Origin: Candidatus Bathyarchaeota archaeon
Lineage (GTDB): Archaea > Thermoproteota > Bathyarchaeia > Bathyarchaeales > Bathycorpusculaceae
Direction of reading: 5' to 3'
Assembly: GCA_963775685.1 (NCBI GenBank)
Contig: CAVZJV010000014.1
Span: 2,176,001 to 2,240,000, forward strand
DNA length: 64,000 bases
In this document: positions 40,286-50,918 of the stretch, one piece after another
Layout of the letters: each line of letters begins with the position of its first letter
Position numbering within the stretch: position 1 is the first letter of the stretch
The notes under the pieces: generated by a model
What the model saw: the letters and a program-made list of their open reading frames with translations, nothing else
Databases searched by the model: none
What the model was told of the DNA's origin: nothing
Program-made: the position numbers and the translations under genes

Positions 40286-40440
40286 ACAAAGATGAATATG
40301 CTTGGTTTGCACCTTTTCTCTGACCTTAGCACAATTTAAAGTTTTATCGTAAATGCTTTCGTTCTGTGCAGTTTATTGTCTTAGCGTTTAAACAAGCAGT
40401 TGGGGAATAAATTACATTTTGTTTACTAACAAACTAACCG

Positions 40441-42225
40441 CTAAACTCCGCCCCAGAACAGTGTCTTCTTCCGCATGAGCGCAATGTACTCTTTGAGGAC
40501 ATCCTGCTCTTCAATTGTCAAATCATCCAAATGCGCAGTCAATAATTTTTTCGCATCAGCCTCAGGCACCTTCACAAACAAAACATCTCGTTCAAAAACG
40601 TGCCTTCCGGCAACGGGTTTATCCATAGAAACCGCTACTTGCGCCCCAACTTTGGCTTCACCAACAGCCTTGCCTTTGTCTTGGACCTGCTGGACCTCCC
40701 CTAAATCGCTACTATCCTCAGCGCGCAATAGCCCAACGCGCGGTTTAATGCGGCCGCCCAAAACTTCTACACCAAAGATTGCTGGTTTAGCTCGACGGAA
40801 TATGCAGTTTGGCAGCACCATAAGTTTTCCCGGTTTGACGAGTGCTTCGAATTCTTGTTCGCTTTTTGTTTCACGTTTGTTCTTAACCCATTCAAGGTAC
40901 TTGTCGATTAGGTTGTAGATGATGGGTTCTTTAAAGATTGGAACGTTGCTCGCGGCCGCTTCTGTTTCTGCATCGGGCAAGGTTTTTACGCCAAAGGCCA
41001 AAATTGCACCAACCAAAGGTTCCCGCGTTTTTACCACCGAAGCCTCAATAACGTCGCGTTTGCTGATGTCACCGATGTCCGCGATTCGTACTTGTACATT
41101 GTTGGCTTTTAGGATTTCAGCCATAGCCTCTAAAGAACCCAGCGTGTCAGCTTTAACGATGACGCCTTCAATTTCTTTGGCAATTCTGATTCTGCCAATT
41201 TCTTCGGTGATGAGATTGCAGTACTTTGCGGGGTCTTCGCCTGAGGGCACAGCAAACAAGGGTGCACCAGCCAGCGCTCCTTCTAAACCTGGAGCAACAA
41301 TTTTCACACCCGCTGACGCATATACGCACTCGACGCTGGTGAATTTGTCGCGAGGGTCACGCATTTCATCGAGCGGTTTTGGCACTAAAATTGTTCTAAT
41401 GCGGGCGGAAATGGGGCCTTCTCGTCCACCAATGACGATTAAATCGTCTTTGTGTAATGTACCATCGTAAACGATGGCGTTTAGGGTTAAGCCTAAACCT
41501 GGCTCTTCCTTTACTTCTAAAATTGAGCCTTTCGCTGCACCCTCAGTGGTTTGCAGACGCTTCTTGAGGAACTGCTGGGTTAACCCAACCAAAACCATGA
41601 CCAACTCGGACAATCCTTCACCCGTTTTCGCACTGGTTGGAACCAAGGCAATGTTGACAGTGAAGTCTCGGATATGGTCAAAGCGGTCGGTTTTGAAGTT
41701 TAAGCGGCTGAATTCACCCATGACTTGGTAGAGTCGGTTGTTGAAGTCTTCCTGAACAAAACTATTCTGCATCGAATACGACTGCAAGAAAGGCGTCGAT
41801 TGCTGAGGCTTCCAACCTGGGATGCGGTCGATTTTGTTGACTGCAACAATGAAGGGTGTCTTGCGCGCCTTGAGGATTTCTATGCACTCAAAAGTTTGTG
41901 CTTCAAAACCTTTGAGAATGTCTACGACGAGGATGGCTATGTCGGCGACGCTTCCGCCTCTGCGCCTCAAATTCGTGAACGCTTCATGCCCTGGTGTGTC
42001 AACGATGAGCAAACCTGGGATTTCAATGCCTGTTTTAAAATTAGACATGTATGGACCGATGAGTTGTTTGAGAGTTTCTATGGGGAAAAAGCTTGCGCCG
42101 ATATGCTGTGTCATTCCCCCGGCTTCACGTGCTTGAACACTGGTTTTTCTGAGTTCATCTAGAAGCGAAGTTTTGCCTGTATCTACATGTCCAAGAACAC
42201 AGACTATAGGTTGGCGCGTGGGCAT
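40441..42225 (-). CDS. infB: Translation initiation factor aIF5B (IF-2)
   Basis: GHVDTGKT, EAGGMTQHIGA, DTPGHEAF, NKID and KADTLGSLEA. Confidence 0.96.
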   Translation of the reverse strand: MPTRQPIVCVLGHVDTGKTSLLDELRKTSVQAREAGGMTQHIGASFFPIETLKQLIGPYMSNFKTGIEIPGLLIVDTPGHEAFTNLRRRGGSVADIAILVVDILKGFEAQTFECIEILKARKTPFIVAVNKIDRIPGWKPQQSTPFLQSYSMQNSFVQEDFNNRLYQVMGEFSRLNFKTDRFDHIRDFTVNIALVPTSAKTGEGLSELVMVLVGLTQQFLKKRLQTTEGAAKGSILEVKEEPGLGLTLNAIVYDGTLHKDDLIVIGGREGPISARIRTILVPKPLDEMRDPRDKFTSVECVYASAGVKIVAPGLEGALAGAPLFAVPSGEDPAKYCNLITEEIGRIRIAKEIEGVIVKADTLGSLEAMAEILKANNVQVRIADIGDISKRDVIEASVVKTREPLVGAILAFGVKTLPDAETEAAASNVPIFKEPIIYNLIDKYLEWVKNKRETKSEQEFEALVKPGKLMVLPNCIFRRAKPAIFGVEVLGGRIKPRVGLLRAEDSSDLGEVQQVQDKGKAVGEAKVGAQVAVSMDKPVAGRHVFERDVLFVKVPEADAKKLLTAHLDDLTIEEQDVLKEYIALMRKKTLFWGGV

Positions 42226-42381
42226 CTGGTTTTTCTCCTTAATAATCGATGATTGGTTGAATTGTTATGAGTGTGGATTAATAAATACTCTTTTTATCTG
42301 CATTGTGCCTTTGTTTGTATAGTTTTAGCTCTGTCAGGTAAGGTTTTTATTTTGTCAGGTGTTTTCTGGTTTGGAGATTGG

Positions 42382-42699
42382 TTGCCTTATTGCGTCAAGT
42401 GTGGATCTTTACTGATTGACGGGGACAAGTTTTGTACGATTTGCGGTGCAACGGTTCCCCAGTTTTCGCATGAGGAATACACGGTTTCTGGCAGCAACCT
42501 GATTGAACGCGTAAGGGAGTTGTTGCGTGAGGGAAATGTGACGCGTGTAATCGTTAAAAACGAGGGAGATAAAACTTTGCTTCAGATCCCTGCAACGGTG
42601 GGTATGGTTGGGGTAGTTTTGGCTCCTTGGTTGACCGCTTTAGGAGTTATTGCAGCTTTACTTGCAAACTGCAGAATTATAGTTGAAAGAAGAGAATAG
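42382..42699 (+). CDS. Zn-ribbon + DUF4342 protein
   Basis: PYCVKCG...FCTICG, then EEY.V.G..L.ERV.EL.REGNV.R. Confidence 0.75.
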   Translation: MPYCVKCGSLLIDGDKFCTICGATVPQFSHEEYTVSGSNLIERVRELLREGNVTRVIVKNEGDKTLLQIPATVGMVGVVLAPWLTALGVIAALLANCRIIVERRE

Positions 42700-42704
42700 G
42701 GAGT

Positions 42705-42920
42705 TTATTCGGGCGGTTTAACCAGAAGCAGGAAAATGCCCAAAAGCATTAGGATAACACTCAGGGCACCAAAGAGCACGCTAAACGGACCTAAAGAGTC
42801 AGTGGTTGAGTTAACGCTTGTCGCAGTGAAATAAAGCAAAACTGCACCAATTATAATCAGAAATACTCCAAATAGTCTTTCAGCTAAGGTTACCCAGAAT
42901 GTGTCGCCTTCTTCGCTCAT
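42705..42920 (-). CDS. Small 2-TM membrane protein
   Basis: Two hydrophobic helices. Confidence 0.55.
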   Translation of the reverse strand: MSEEGDTFWVTLAERLFGVFLIIIGAVLLYFTATSVNSTTDSLGPFSVLFGALSVILMLLGIFLLLVKPPE

Positions 42921-43185
42921 GTATTTTTTCTTCCCTTGCGTGTTTCTTATGTGTTTCTTTCATATAAACAAGAAGAGTTATTTTAAATTATTCCATAATT
43001 ATAGAAATTAAAGGTTTCTTGCCGTGGCTTTTTATTACCTTTGATATAAAGTGGATTTATGCCTGTTGGAATCTCACAGCCTCTCTCTTTGCGACCTAAT
43101 CGCTCTATCTAAGGGGAACAGGATTAGGTGTTGGTTTTTCTTTGCACTCTTCTATTTGAAAATTGCAGTTGCCCTGCAGTTTTTT

Positions 43186-43250
43186 GGGTCAGTGTTGATT
43201 GACGTTTTCTCACAGCTTTAGGCTCGAAGCCGTCGCCTTACATCATTCCC
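43186..43250 (-). ncRNA. Candidate C/D box sRNA
   Basis: GGG-A-ATGATGT(C)...TCGA(D')...TGTGAGA(C')...CTGA(D)-CCC, ~65 nt with 3-bp terminal stem; boxes partly degenerate. Confidence 0.35.
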
Positions 43251-43466
43251 ACTTTAATGTTGTTTATGCGGATTTATCTATTTTGATAATGAAGGCATTC
43301 TTGCTTATTTCTTGAGAAACGAAATTTTTAGTAGGAAAAATAGTGCATAAATCATTTTTTCCTTGGTGCCTTGAGTGAATTTAACGTCAGTTGACGAATC
43401 TAAACGCTTAAACCACTCTGAGAGTAGGGTAGCCTATACGGCTTATCCGTGGAGGTGAAAAAAGAA

Positions 43467-43535
43467 ATGATATTCGAAGAAGAAGATGAATGGGAAGAAG
43501 GCGAAGACGAAGAATGGGAAGAAGAAGAATGGTAA
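43467..43535 (+). CDS. 22-aa acidic Trp-repeat microprotein MIFEEEDEWEEGEDEEWEEEEW
   Basis: GGAGGTGA RBS at 43451, TATA-like CTTAAA ~43407, T-rich terminator downstream. Confidence 0.7.
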   Translation: MIFEEEDEWEEGEDEEWEEEEW

Positions 43536-43711
43536 ACTAAACCCGTAATGCAACACTTTGTATATTTTCTTTTAAGTTTATGTTTTTCCTCGATGTTTTG
43601 AGGTTATTTTTTTGGACCGATTAAAAAAGCCAATTAGCTTCTTTGTTTTTCTTTTTTCTTCAAGGTTTACATTTATAACTATCTTGTTTGCATCATTTAA
43701 CGACGCCACCC

Positions 43712-45553
43712 ATGACGCGAATTGCTGTATTAAACGAAGACAAATGCAAAGTCAAAAAATGCAACTCACTATGCGTTAGCTTCTGCCCTATGGTTCGCAG
43801 TCGAGTGGAAGCCATACGCGTCGAAGGAAGCAAAGCCATAATAGCGGAAACACTTTGCAGCGGCTGTGGAATATGCGTCAAAAAATGTCCCTTCAAAGCC
43901 ATCAGCATCGTTAATTTACCTGATGCGCTTGAGAAGGATTGCAGTCACCGCTTCAGCGCTAACAGCTTCAAACTCTTCCGCCTGCCCATGCCCTCGCCTG
44001 GAACAGTTTTGGGGTTGCTGGGGCAAAACGGCATAGGCAAAAGCACCACGCTTAAGGTTTTTTCAGGCGAAATCAAACCTAACCTTGGCAAGTTCGATGA
44101 CCCCCCCGACTGGCCTGAAATTATCCAGTATTATCGGGGTTCAAGCCTTCAGGATTACTTTTCGAAGATAAGTGAGAAAAAACTCAAAATCAGCAGCAAA
44201 CCCCAATACGTCGACAAAATCCCCAAAGCAGTATCTGGCAAAGCTGGCGAGCTCTTAGAAAAAGTCGACGAACGTAAACAACTTGATGCAATCGCCGAGG
44301 AGTTGGAGCTCAAGAAGATTTGGGATAGACCGCTTGATGTACTTAGTGGAGGGGAACTTCAACGTGTCGCAGTTGCGGCAGCGCTTAGTCGTGAAGCAGA
44401 CGTATACCTTTTTGATGAACCATCCAGCTACTTAGATGTTAAGCAGCGGCTTGTAGTAGCCAGAGCCATCCGTAACCTCAAAGAACAACAGAAAACCATT
44501 GTTGTGGCCGAGCACGACTTAGCCATAATCGACTACTTATCCGATCAAATCTGTGTCTTCTATGGCGAACCAAGTGTCTACGGCGTTGTCTCACACACTC
44601 ATGGAGTTCGAACAGGCATTAACATTTACCTTCAAGGCTACATCCCAGACGAGAACATAATGTTCCGCAAAGAAGCCATAGTCTTCCACGAAAAACCGCC
44701 AGGTGCGGGCGAAATGGTTGGCGAACCTCTTCTTAAATGGAACAAGATGGAGAAAACCTTCAAAGGTTTCAAACTTGCCATTGAACCAGGCGAATTACGA
44801 ACTGGCGAAATCATAGGAATTTTGGGACCCAACGGTATTGGGAAAACCACGTTTGTGAAGATGTTAGCAGGCTTAGAGGAAACAGATGATAAACGTCAAC
44901 TGAGCAAGTTAACTGTAAGCTACAAGCCACAGTACATCGCGCCTGATTACGAGGGTTCAGTTCAAGAGCTGCTCATGAGCGTGGCGAAGGAAAACTTTAC
45001 TTCCAGCTGGTACAAAACCGAAATCGCTCAGCCGCTTCGGCTTCAAATTCTTATGGACAAAAACGTCATGGAACTCAGCGGTGGAGAACTACAGAAAGTC
45101 GCCATTGCCGCATGCCTTAGCCGCAAGACAGACCTATTCTTGCTCGACGAGCCAAGCGCATATCTGGACGTTGAAGAACGACTAAACGTGGCTAAAACTC
45201 TGCGGCGAGTTGTCGAAGCCCACGGTATTCCCGCCTTCGTGGTTGAACACGATGTAGTTACGCAGGACTTTATTGCTGACCGATTGATGGTTTTCAACGG
45301 TGAACCAGGCGTATCTGGCTTAGCACATCCCCCAACCAGCCTAAGGCAAGGCATGAACACTTTCCTTAAAGAAATGGATATAACCTTCCGACGGGACTCA
45401 GTTACTTTCCGCCCCAGAGTTAACAAGGAGGCTTCACAGATGGATAAGTTCCAAAAGGGCATCGGCGAATACTACTACACCAAAACAGTGAAACCCGAAA
45501 AACTAGAAACCAAGCCAGAGAAGCAAGACGCACCTAAAACGCCCAAAAGGTAA
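43712..45553 (+). CDS. rli: Ribosome recycling ATPase ABCE1/RLI
   Basis: N-terminal Fe-S Cys cluster; two ABC domains (GQNGIGKST, LSGGELQ, GPNGIGKT); RPRVNK. Confidence 0.95.
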   Translation: MTRIAVLNEDKCKVKKCNSLCVSFCPMVRSRVEAIRVEGSKAIIAETLCSGCGICVKKCPFKAISIVNLPDALEKDCSHRFSANSFKLFRLPMPSPGTVLGLLGQNGIGKSTTLKVFSGEIKPNLGKFDDPPDWPEIIQYYRGSSLQDYFSKISEKKLKISSKPQYVDKIPKAVSGKAGELLEKVDERKQLDAIAEELELKKIWDRPLDVLSGGELQRVAVAAALSREADVYLFDEPSSYLDVKQRLVVARAIRNLKEQQKTIVVAEHDLAIIDYLSDQICVFYGEPSVYGVVSHTHGVRTGINIYLQGYIPDENIMFRKEAIVFHEKPPGAGEMVGEPLLKWNKMEKTFKGFKLAIEPGELRTGEIIGILGPNGIGKTTFVKMLAGLEETDDKRQLSKLTVSYKPQYIAPDYEGSVQELLMSVAKENFTSSWYKTEIAQPLRLQILMDKNVMELSGGELQKVAIAACLSRKTDLFLLDEPSAYLDVEERLNVAKTLRRVVEAHGIPAFVVEHDVVTQDFIADRLMVFNGEPGVSGLAHPPTSLRQGMNTFLKEMDITFRRDSVTFRPRVNKEASQMDKFQKGIGEYYYTKTVKPEKLETKPEKQDAPKTPKR

Positions 45554-45664
45554 CTTGCCCTGTGGAATGTTTCTTCCACTTTTTCCTTCATAGACGCCTG
45601 TTTCGCTAATTACCCAACTGCGACCTTGCCCGAGTCAGACGGATAAACATCAAATAGCTTGCCT

Positions 45665-45932
45665 CTAACTCGTTGAAGTGCGTTCGACTGCAAATAGTTT
45701 CTTCTCTAATCGCAAAATCTTCTTCCGTTGGAAAAAAGTAGAATGGAAATTATCATCGGTTCAAACAGTTTGGGCTGCGTTGCGTTGCTTCCTGCTGAGG
45801 CATAGTTTCGGCAAGCATACATTATCTCTTCAAAGGCTTTGCGGTCTTCGGTTCTGAGTGCCTTCTCAAAGCCCTTCCATCTGTGTATCTCTTCTTCTAA
45901 CGCTATGCGATTCGACTCAACAGTTTGCCCAT
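45665..45932 (-). pseudogene. Small helical protein resembling the PolB2-operon accessory protein, frameshifted
   Basis: MG.TVESNRIALEEEIHRWKGFEKALRTEDRKAFEEIM..CRNYASAGSNA..P..FEPM. Confidence 0.45.
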
Positions 45933-46352
45933 CAGACAGCTCTCCTTGTTTTTTCTCATATTTTTCTCCAGATGTTGAAGTGACAGAGAGTGTTTTTTGG
46001 GTTTTAAAGCATCAGGTAAAAAGACATTACTCGAGAGCAGAGGGCATAGTGTAAGTGAAGTCTGCAAACATCAAGTTTGCAAGTGGCAAGAAGAGCGAGT
46101 GAATCAAACGGCAAAAGTCGAATTCAAAAAACATAAACCATTAAAGTCGCCGAAGACTAATTGTTAAACAGGCAAAAGCAACCAGACTTTTTCCTCCGCA
46201 CCGAGGCTCTCGCTGAAGCTCAATGCCGTTAAGTACAAGCTCCAAGTGAAGTCAAGGATAATTCTCTTCCTGGCTCTCGATAAACCACCACCTTACTGCT
46301 ATTATATGCATCTTGAAATTTGCTTTTGCTCAAAATAGATGGTGGCGAAAAA

Positions 46353-46727
46353 ATGGCGAAAAAATCAAAGGTTCATCAAATTTTTAAAAGAACAACGTCG
46401 CACTTATTTACCAAGCCAGCGACAACAATGTACCCCTATATTAAACCTAAATTAACAGACAATTTTCGCGGTCAACCAGTATTCGATATTGGGCTTTGTG
46501 TTGGTTGTAGCATATGCAGCAAAGATTGCCCTTCAAGCGCTATTGAAATGGTTGATGTTAATGGCAAAACACGTCCTCAATTTAGACTTGACAAATGTAT
46601 CTTCTGTTATCAATGTGCGGATGCTTGCCCCAAAAAAGCCATAACGAACTCGATTATCTATGAGTTAGCCACAACTGACAAGTCCTCTTTAATTATGAAG
46701 CCGCAGACAATCCTTCAGGAGAATTGA
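46353..46727 (+). CDS. 2x[4Fe-4S] NuoI/EchF-like subunit
   Basis: PAT.MYP, FRG.P, CVGCSICSKDCP and CIFCYQCADACP. Confidence 0.85.
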   Translation: MAKKSKVHQIFKRTTSHLFTKPATTMYPYIKPKLTDNFRGQPVFDIGLCVGCSICSKDCPSSAIEMVDVNGKTRPQFRLDKCIFCYQCADACPKKAITNSIIYELATTDKSSLIMKPQTILQEN

Positions 46728-47052
46728 GAGCAACCGACGACTATTGAAGCACGACTAAATATTCCACTTTTCTTGAATTTTTTGGTTAACGAGAACGTTT
46801 TTGCTTAGAAATTTTTGTGAGTTTTCCGTTTTTGGATAAATGAATTTTTAGTGGTTTAAATTGGGGTGTGTGGCTTCTTTTCACTGGAATAGTGTTTAAT
46901 TTACATGTTTAAAGCAAAATTCACCATTCAACTCTGCTTCAGCCCGCTTTTGGAACAAAGGGTTTATTCTCAAAGTGTAGTTAACTTAAAGAACAAGAAC
47001 AAATATACTAAGCACTCGCAAACTAAAAACGGGAAAGTGGTGTAAGCAGAAA

Positions 47053-48579
47053 GTGGCTCAAGCAACATTTGAAGAAATCAGTGCATCTGACTTTTTCTAC
47101 CGAAACCGAGACATCGCAGGCTTAACCAACCCCTCACGTAGCATCTTTGTTGCCATCCGTGAAGTCGTAGAAAATTCGCTAGATGCAGCGGAAAGCCAAA
47201 GAATCCCTCCAGACGTTTACGTGCGCCTATCCTTCGAAGCCGAAGCGACCAAAGATACCCAGATTTACAAACTTCGCGTCGAAGACAATGGCTCAGGGAT
47301 CCCACCACGATTCATTCCGTCTGCTTTTGGCCAAGTCCTCTACGGGAGCAAATACAAGCTAAAACAAGCCCGAGGCACCTTTGGCTTAGGCGGAAAAATG
47401 GCGGTCCTCTACGGGCAGATCACAACTCATCAACCCGTATTTGTCACCTCAAGTACAGGTCAAGAAAAAATTTACAGTTTTAAATTGATGATTGACATCC
47501 AGCGAAACAAACCTATAATACTTGACCGCAAAGTTCAGATTAACAAAGATCAATGGCGAGGAACAATAATCGAGTTCACTCTTGAAGGCGACTACCTACG
47601 TGCCATGCCAAAAATTATCGAATACTTCAAGCAAACCGCTATGGTTAACCCATACGCAAACCTGACATTTGTCGATCCGAAGGGAAGGCTCTACAAGTTC
47701 ATAAGGGCAACCACTATTATGCCCGAACCACCCAAAGAAACCATGCCTCACCCATACGGTGTGGATGTTGAACTTTTGCAGCGGCTTATTCAAATCACCG
47801 AAACCAATAACATGCAAAGTTTTCTAAGAGGGCATTTCCACCGTGTCGGAGAAATTACTGCACAGAAATTCCTCGAGTTCGCTGGTATCCCGCCTACCAA
47901 AAACCCCAAAAAGCTCTCTCACGAAGAAATCGTGCGGTTGATGCAAAACCTAAAAAAATACAAGGATTTTCTGCCTCCAGACGCAAGCTGCCTCTCTCCA
48001 TTAGGTGAGGAGCTTCTAAAAGCAGGTGTGATGAAAGAGTTAAACCCTGAGTACCTTGTGGTGCATCAACGAAGGCCTTCAACTTATGCGGGTCACCCGT
48101 TCATTGTGGAGATGGCTATGGCTTACGGTGGCAACATTCCTAAACGAGGCAACTTTGTAGTTTACCGTTTCGCAAACAAAATCCCGCTACTTTATGACGA
48201 AGCGAGCGACGTTTCGTACCGTGTAATTTCAGCTATGAACTGGCGACGTTACAAAGTCGCCCCTGAGATGCCTATTGCCATTGTCGTGCACATCTGCAGC
48301 ACCAAGGTCCCCTACAAAACTGTTGGCAAAGAATTCATCTCGGATCGTCCAGAAGTACGCAGAGAAGTTGCAAACTCACTCCGAGAAGTCGCACGGCAAA
48401 TGCAGCATTTCTTGGCAAGGCAGGAGCACGTACACATGGAGAAGAAACGCTTGGGAATTTTCAGCAAGTACCTGCCTAAAATCGCCGAGTTCTCAACCAC
48501 TCTGGCGGAGGAAACGAAGAAGCCTGACATAGAAAAATTACTAAAGAGTGTACAAAAGTATGGCACAGAAGAAAGCTAG
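47053..48579 (+). CDS. top6B: DNA topoisomerase VI subunit B
   Basis: EVVENSLDA, EDNGSG, RGTFGLG, RFANKIPLLY and STKVPYKT.GKE. Confidence 0.96.
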   Translation: MAQATFEEISASDFFYRNRDIAGLTNPSRSIFVAIREVVENSLDAAESQRIPPDVYVRLSFEAEATKDTQIYKLRVEDNGSGIPPRFIPSAFGQVLYGSKYKLKQARGTFGLGGKMAVLYGQITTHQPVFVTSSTGQEKIYSFKLMIDIQRNKPIILDRKVQINKDQWRGTIIEFTLEGDYLRAMPKIIEYFKQTAMVNPYANLTFVDPKGRLYKFIRATTIMPEPPKETMPHPYGVDVELLQRLIQITETNNMQSFLRGHFHRVGEITAQKFLEFAGIPPTKNPKKLSHEEIVRLMQNLKKYKDFLPPDASCLSPLGEELLKAGVMKELNPEYLVVHQRRPSTYAGHPFIVEMAMAYGGNIPKRGNFVVYRFANKIPLLYDEASDVSYRVISAMNWRRYKVAPEMPIAIVVHICSTKVPYKTVGKEFISDRPEVRREVANSLREVARQMQHFLARQEHVHMEKKRLGIFSKYLPKIAEFSTTLAEETKKPDIEKLLKSVQKYGTEES

Positions 48580-49660
48580 GATAGCAAAAAGGCAACAAGA
48601 GGTCCTAACGGGGCTAAAGAACTTCGGTACCCAAATCTATGATCAACTTGAACAGGGCGTCTTCCCAACTATCAATATGCCTAGCCGTTCAACTGAAAAC
48701 ATCGCCTACGACCCAACTCTACGCCAATACATACTTGGTGAGAAAAGCGTCGTTAGAAGCGCCCGCAACATCCGCCACATAAAACCCTTCACACAACTCG
48801 CATGGTGCGCTATGTTTAGTAACGAACTGACTAGTCAACGTAAAACCTCAACCTTAAGAGATGTCTACTATTCGGCGCAAGCTTATGAGATGACTTTTAC
48901 TGACCAGCAAGAATCAAACAACATAATCACTGACCTTGAAACCCTGACGGGCTTTGCTCGCGAAGATTTCCACATTTTTCCCGAAGAACGTAGCGCAATT
49001 TTCGGCGACTTAGACATTGGCTACACCGTTCCTGGCTACGAAGGAAAAACACTCAACTTAACAAGCCACCCAGACGGCGTACTTATCGGTCCAGCCCTGA
49101 CTTCAGCAGAATTCATAAACACCAGAGCCGACAAAGTCATAGCTATTGAGAAAGGTGCTCTCTTCACAAGGTTTATCGAAGAAAACGTCCACAACAAACA
49201 CAAGTCGTTGTTGATTTCATGCGGTGGTCAGGCTCCTAGACAGACACGTAGCTTCATTAGGCGTTTGCATGATGAGTTAAATTTGCCTGTCTTTATTTTA
49301 ACCGATGGTGACCCCTGGGGAATGCACATTGCCCAAGTCATCATATCAGGTTCAGCCAACGCGGCACATCTTCGGGACCTAAACACCCCAGACGCAGTAT
49401 GGAGCGGTGTTTGGGCATCCGATATCGTCGAATACAAGCTACCCACTGACCCATTAGATGAAGTAGATATAAAGCGTCTCTACGAGTTGCAGAGGGACCC
49501 ACGATACCAAAATGACCCACTATGGCAAAGAGAAATCAAGTTGTTTCTTAAAATCAAACGCAAGGCGGAACAGGAAGCTTTCAGTCGCTACGGATTAACT
49601 TACATTGTTGATGAGTATTTGCCTACAAAACTTGAGCAGGCAAATGACAAGAAAAAGTAG
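48560..49660 (+). CDS. top6A: DNA topoisomerase VI subunit A
   Basis: STLRDVYY, IEK, GQ, TDGDPWG..I and KAEQEA. Confidence 0.96.
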   Translation: MAQKKARIAKRQQEVLTGLKNFGTQIYDQLEQGVFPTINMPSRSTENIAYDPTLRQYILGEKSVVRSARNIRHIKPFTQLAWCAMFSNELTSQRKTSTLRDVYYSAQAYEMTFTDQQESNNIITDLETLTGFAREDFHIFPEERSAIFGDLDIGYTVPGYEGKTLNLTSHPDGVLIGPALTSAEFINTRADKVIAIEKGALFTRFIEENVHNKHKSLLISCGGQAPRQTRSFIRRLHDELNLPVFILTDGDPWGMHIAQVIISGSANAAHLRDLNTPDAVWSGVWASDIVEYKLPTDPLDEVDIKRLYELQRDPRYQNDPLWQREIKLFLKIKRKAEQEAFSRYGLTYIVDEYLPTKLEQANDKKK

Positions 49661-49921
49661 CAGCTGCACATAGTAGAATTGTCTCTTGAAAGTAAATGAT
49701 TTTGGCGCAACCGGGTTAACGGCACTTACCTAATGGAGGTGAAGTTTCACGCTAACAAGGGAAGCGCTTTTCAACAATAGCTACTGTAGAAAAATGAAAT
49801 ACAAATTGTCCTGAAGCCTATTTTAATGCTATAGAAAGAAATCCTTTTTTTTGCTTAGATAAAGTTTTTATGCGCGTTTGGAACTCTTACAATTCCTCGT
49901 TAAGATAAAGGATGATTCAAG

Positions 49922-50749
49922 ATGACCCTACAAAAAGGAGATTTCATACTAATCGATTATGTAGCTAAAGTTAAGGAAACAAACGAAGTTTTCGACACTA
50001 CAAAAGATGATGTTGCAAAGAAAGAACATCTTCACAAAGAAGGGCAAATCCACGAGCCTGAACTCGTCGTTGTAGGCGAAAGCTGGGTCTTAAAAGCTCT
50101 AGACGACGCTTTAGCGACAATGGAAGTTAACAAGCCTGAAACAGTAGAGATTTCGCCTGACAAGGGCTTTGGACAACGTGACCCAGAAAAAATCAAACGT
50201 GTCCCAATTAAGCAACTCTACGCAAAAGAAATCAACCCAGTTGTCGGCGCACGCATCGAATACCAAGGCAAAAACGCAACCATACGCTCCGTTGGCGCAG
50301 GAAGAGTTCTCTTAGATTTCAACGCTCCCTTGGCAGGAAGAACCCTTGTCTACGACGTCACAATCACAAGCAAACTAGACAAGGTGCCAGAGAAAATCGG
50401 TGCATTGATCCACCGCAGAGTACCTGTCGTCGAACAAGACAAATTCAAACTAACTATGAAAGGGACAGACTTAATTATCGATATGCCTGAAGAAACCTTC
50501 TATGTCGAAGGCATACAAATCGCCAAGCGCGGCATCGCCATGGACATCCAAAAATTCTTACCTGTCCTGACTGAGACAAAGTTCGTTGAAACCTTCAAAG
50601 CTGAGCCAAAACCAGTTCCCACACCAGCCGCTCCCGCAATACCTGCACCTGAAGCAACTGCAGAAGCGAAGCCCGTGGAAGAAGAAAAACCTGTAGCGGA
50701 ACCGAAACCGGCAAAAGCCCCCAAAGCTGCAAAAGCTTCCAAGGATTAA
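49922..50749 (+). CDS. Long-type FKBP peptidyl-prolyl isomerase (SlyD-like) with Pro/Ala/Lys tail
   Basis: GDFILIDY, VFDTT, FGQRDP and DFNAPLAG..L. Confidence 0.9.
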   Translation: MTLQKGDFILIDYVAKVKETNEVFDTTKDDVAKKEHLHKEGQIHEPELVVVGESWVLKALDDALATMEVNKPETVEISPDKGFGQRDPEKIKRVPIKQLYAKEINPVVGARIEYQGKNATIRSVGAGRVLLDFNAPLAGRTLVYDVTITSKLDKVPEKIGALIHRRVPVVEQDKFKLTMKGTDLIIDMPEETFYVEGIQIAKRGIAMDIQKFLPVLTETKFVETFKAEPKPVPTPAAPAIPAPEATAEAKPVEEEKPVAEPKPAKAPKAAKASKD

Positions 50750-50918
50750 AAACGCTAAACCCGATTATCTTTCCTTTTAATTTTCCATTTTAGTACTTTC
50801 CCAGATGGAATTATGCTCTTTGTTAAATTAATAATAAGAGTTAAATTCTTTCTTGCCCTATAGTAATTGAGCACTTAATTCCCTCCTTATTTATTCCAGA
50901 TGGAGGTGTAAAACAATA

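Noticed and set aside
40042-40332. 96-aa ORF over tRNA-Ser (also 12184-12387 and 10167-10352 over tRNAs)
   Set aside because: Incidental frames across tRNA genes
40475-42162. Long antisense ORFs over infB (similarly over eno, lon, rli, feoB, cbf5)
   Set aside because: Typical shadow frames of conserved genes
43476-43532. GAA microsatellite or CRISPR-like repeat
   Set aside because: No repeat-spacer periodicity; explained as Glu codons of a microprotein. No CRISPR array or cas gene is seen in the window
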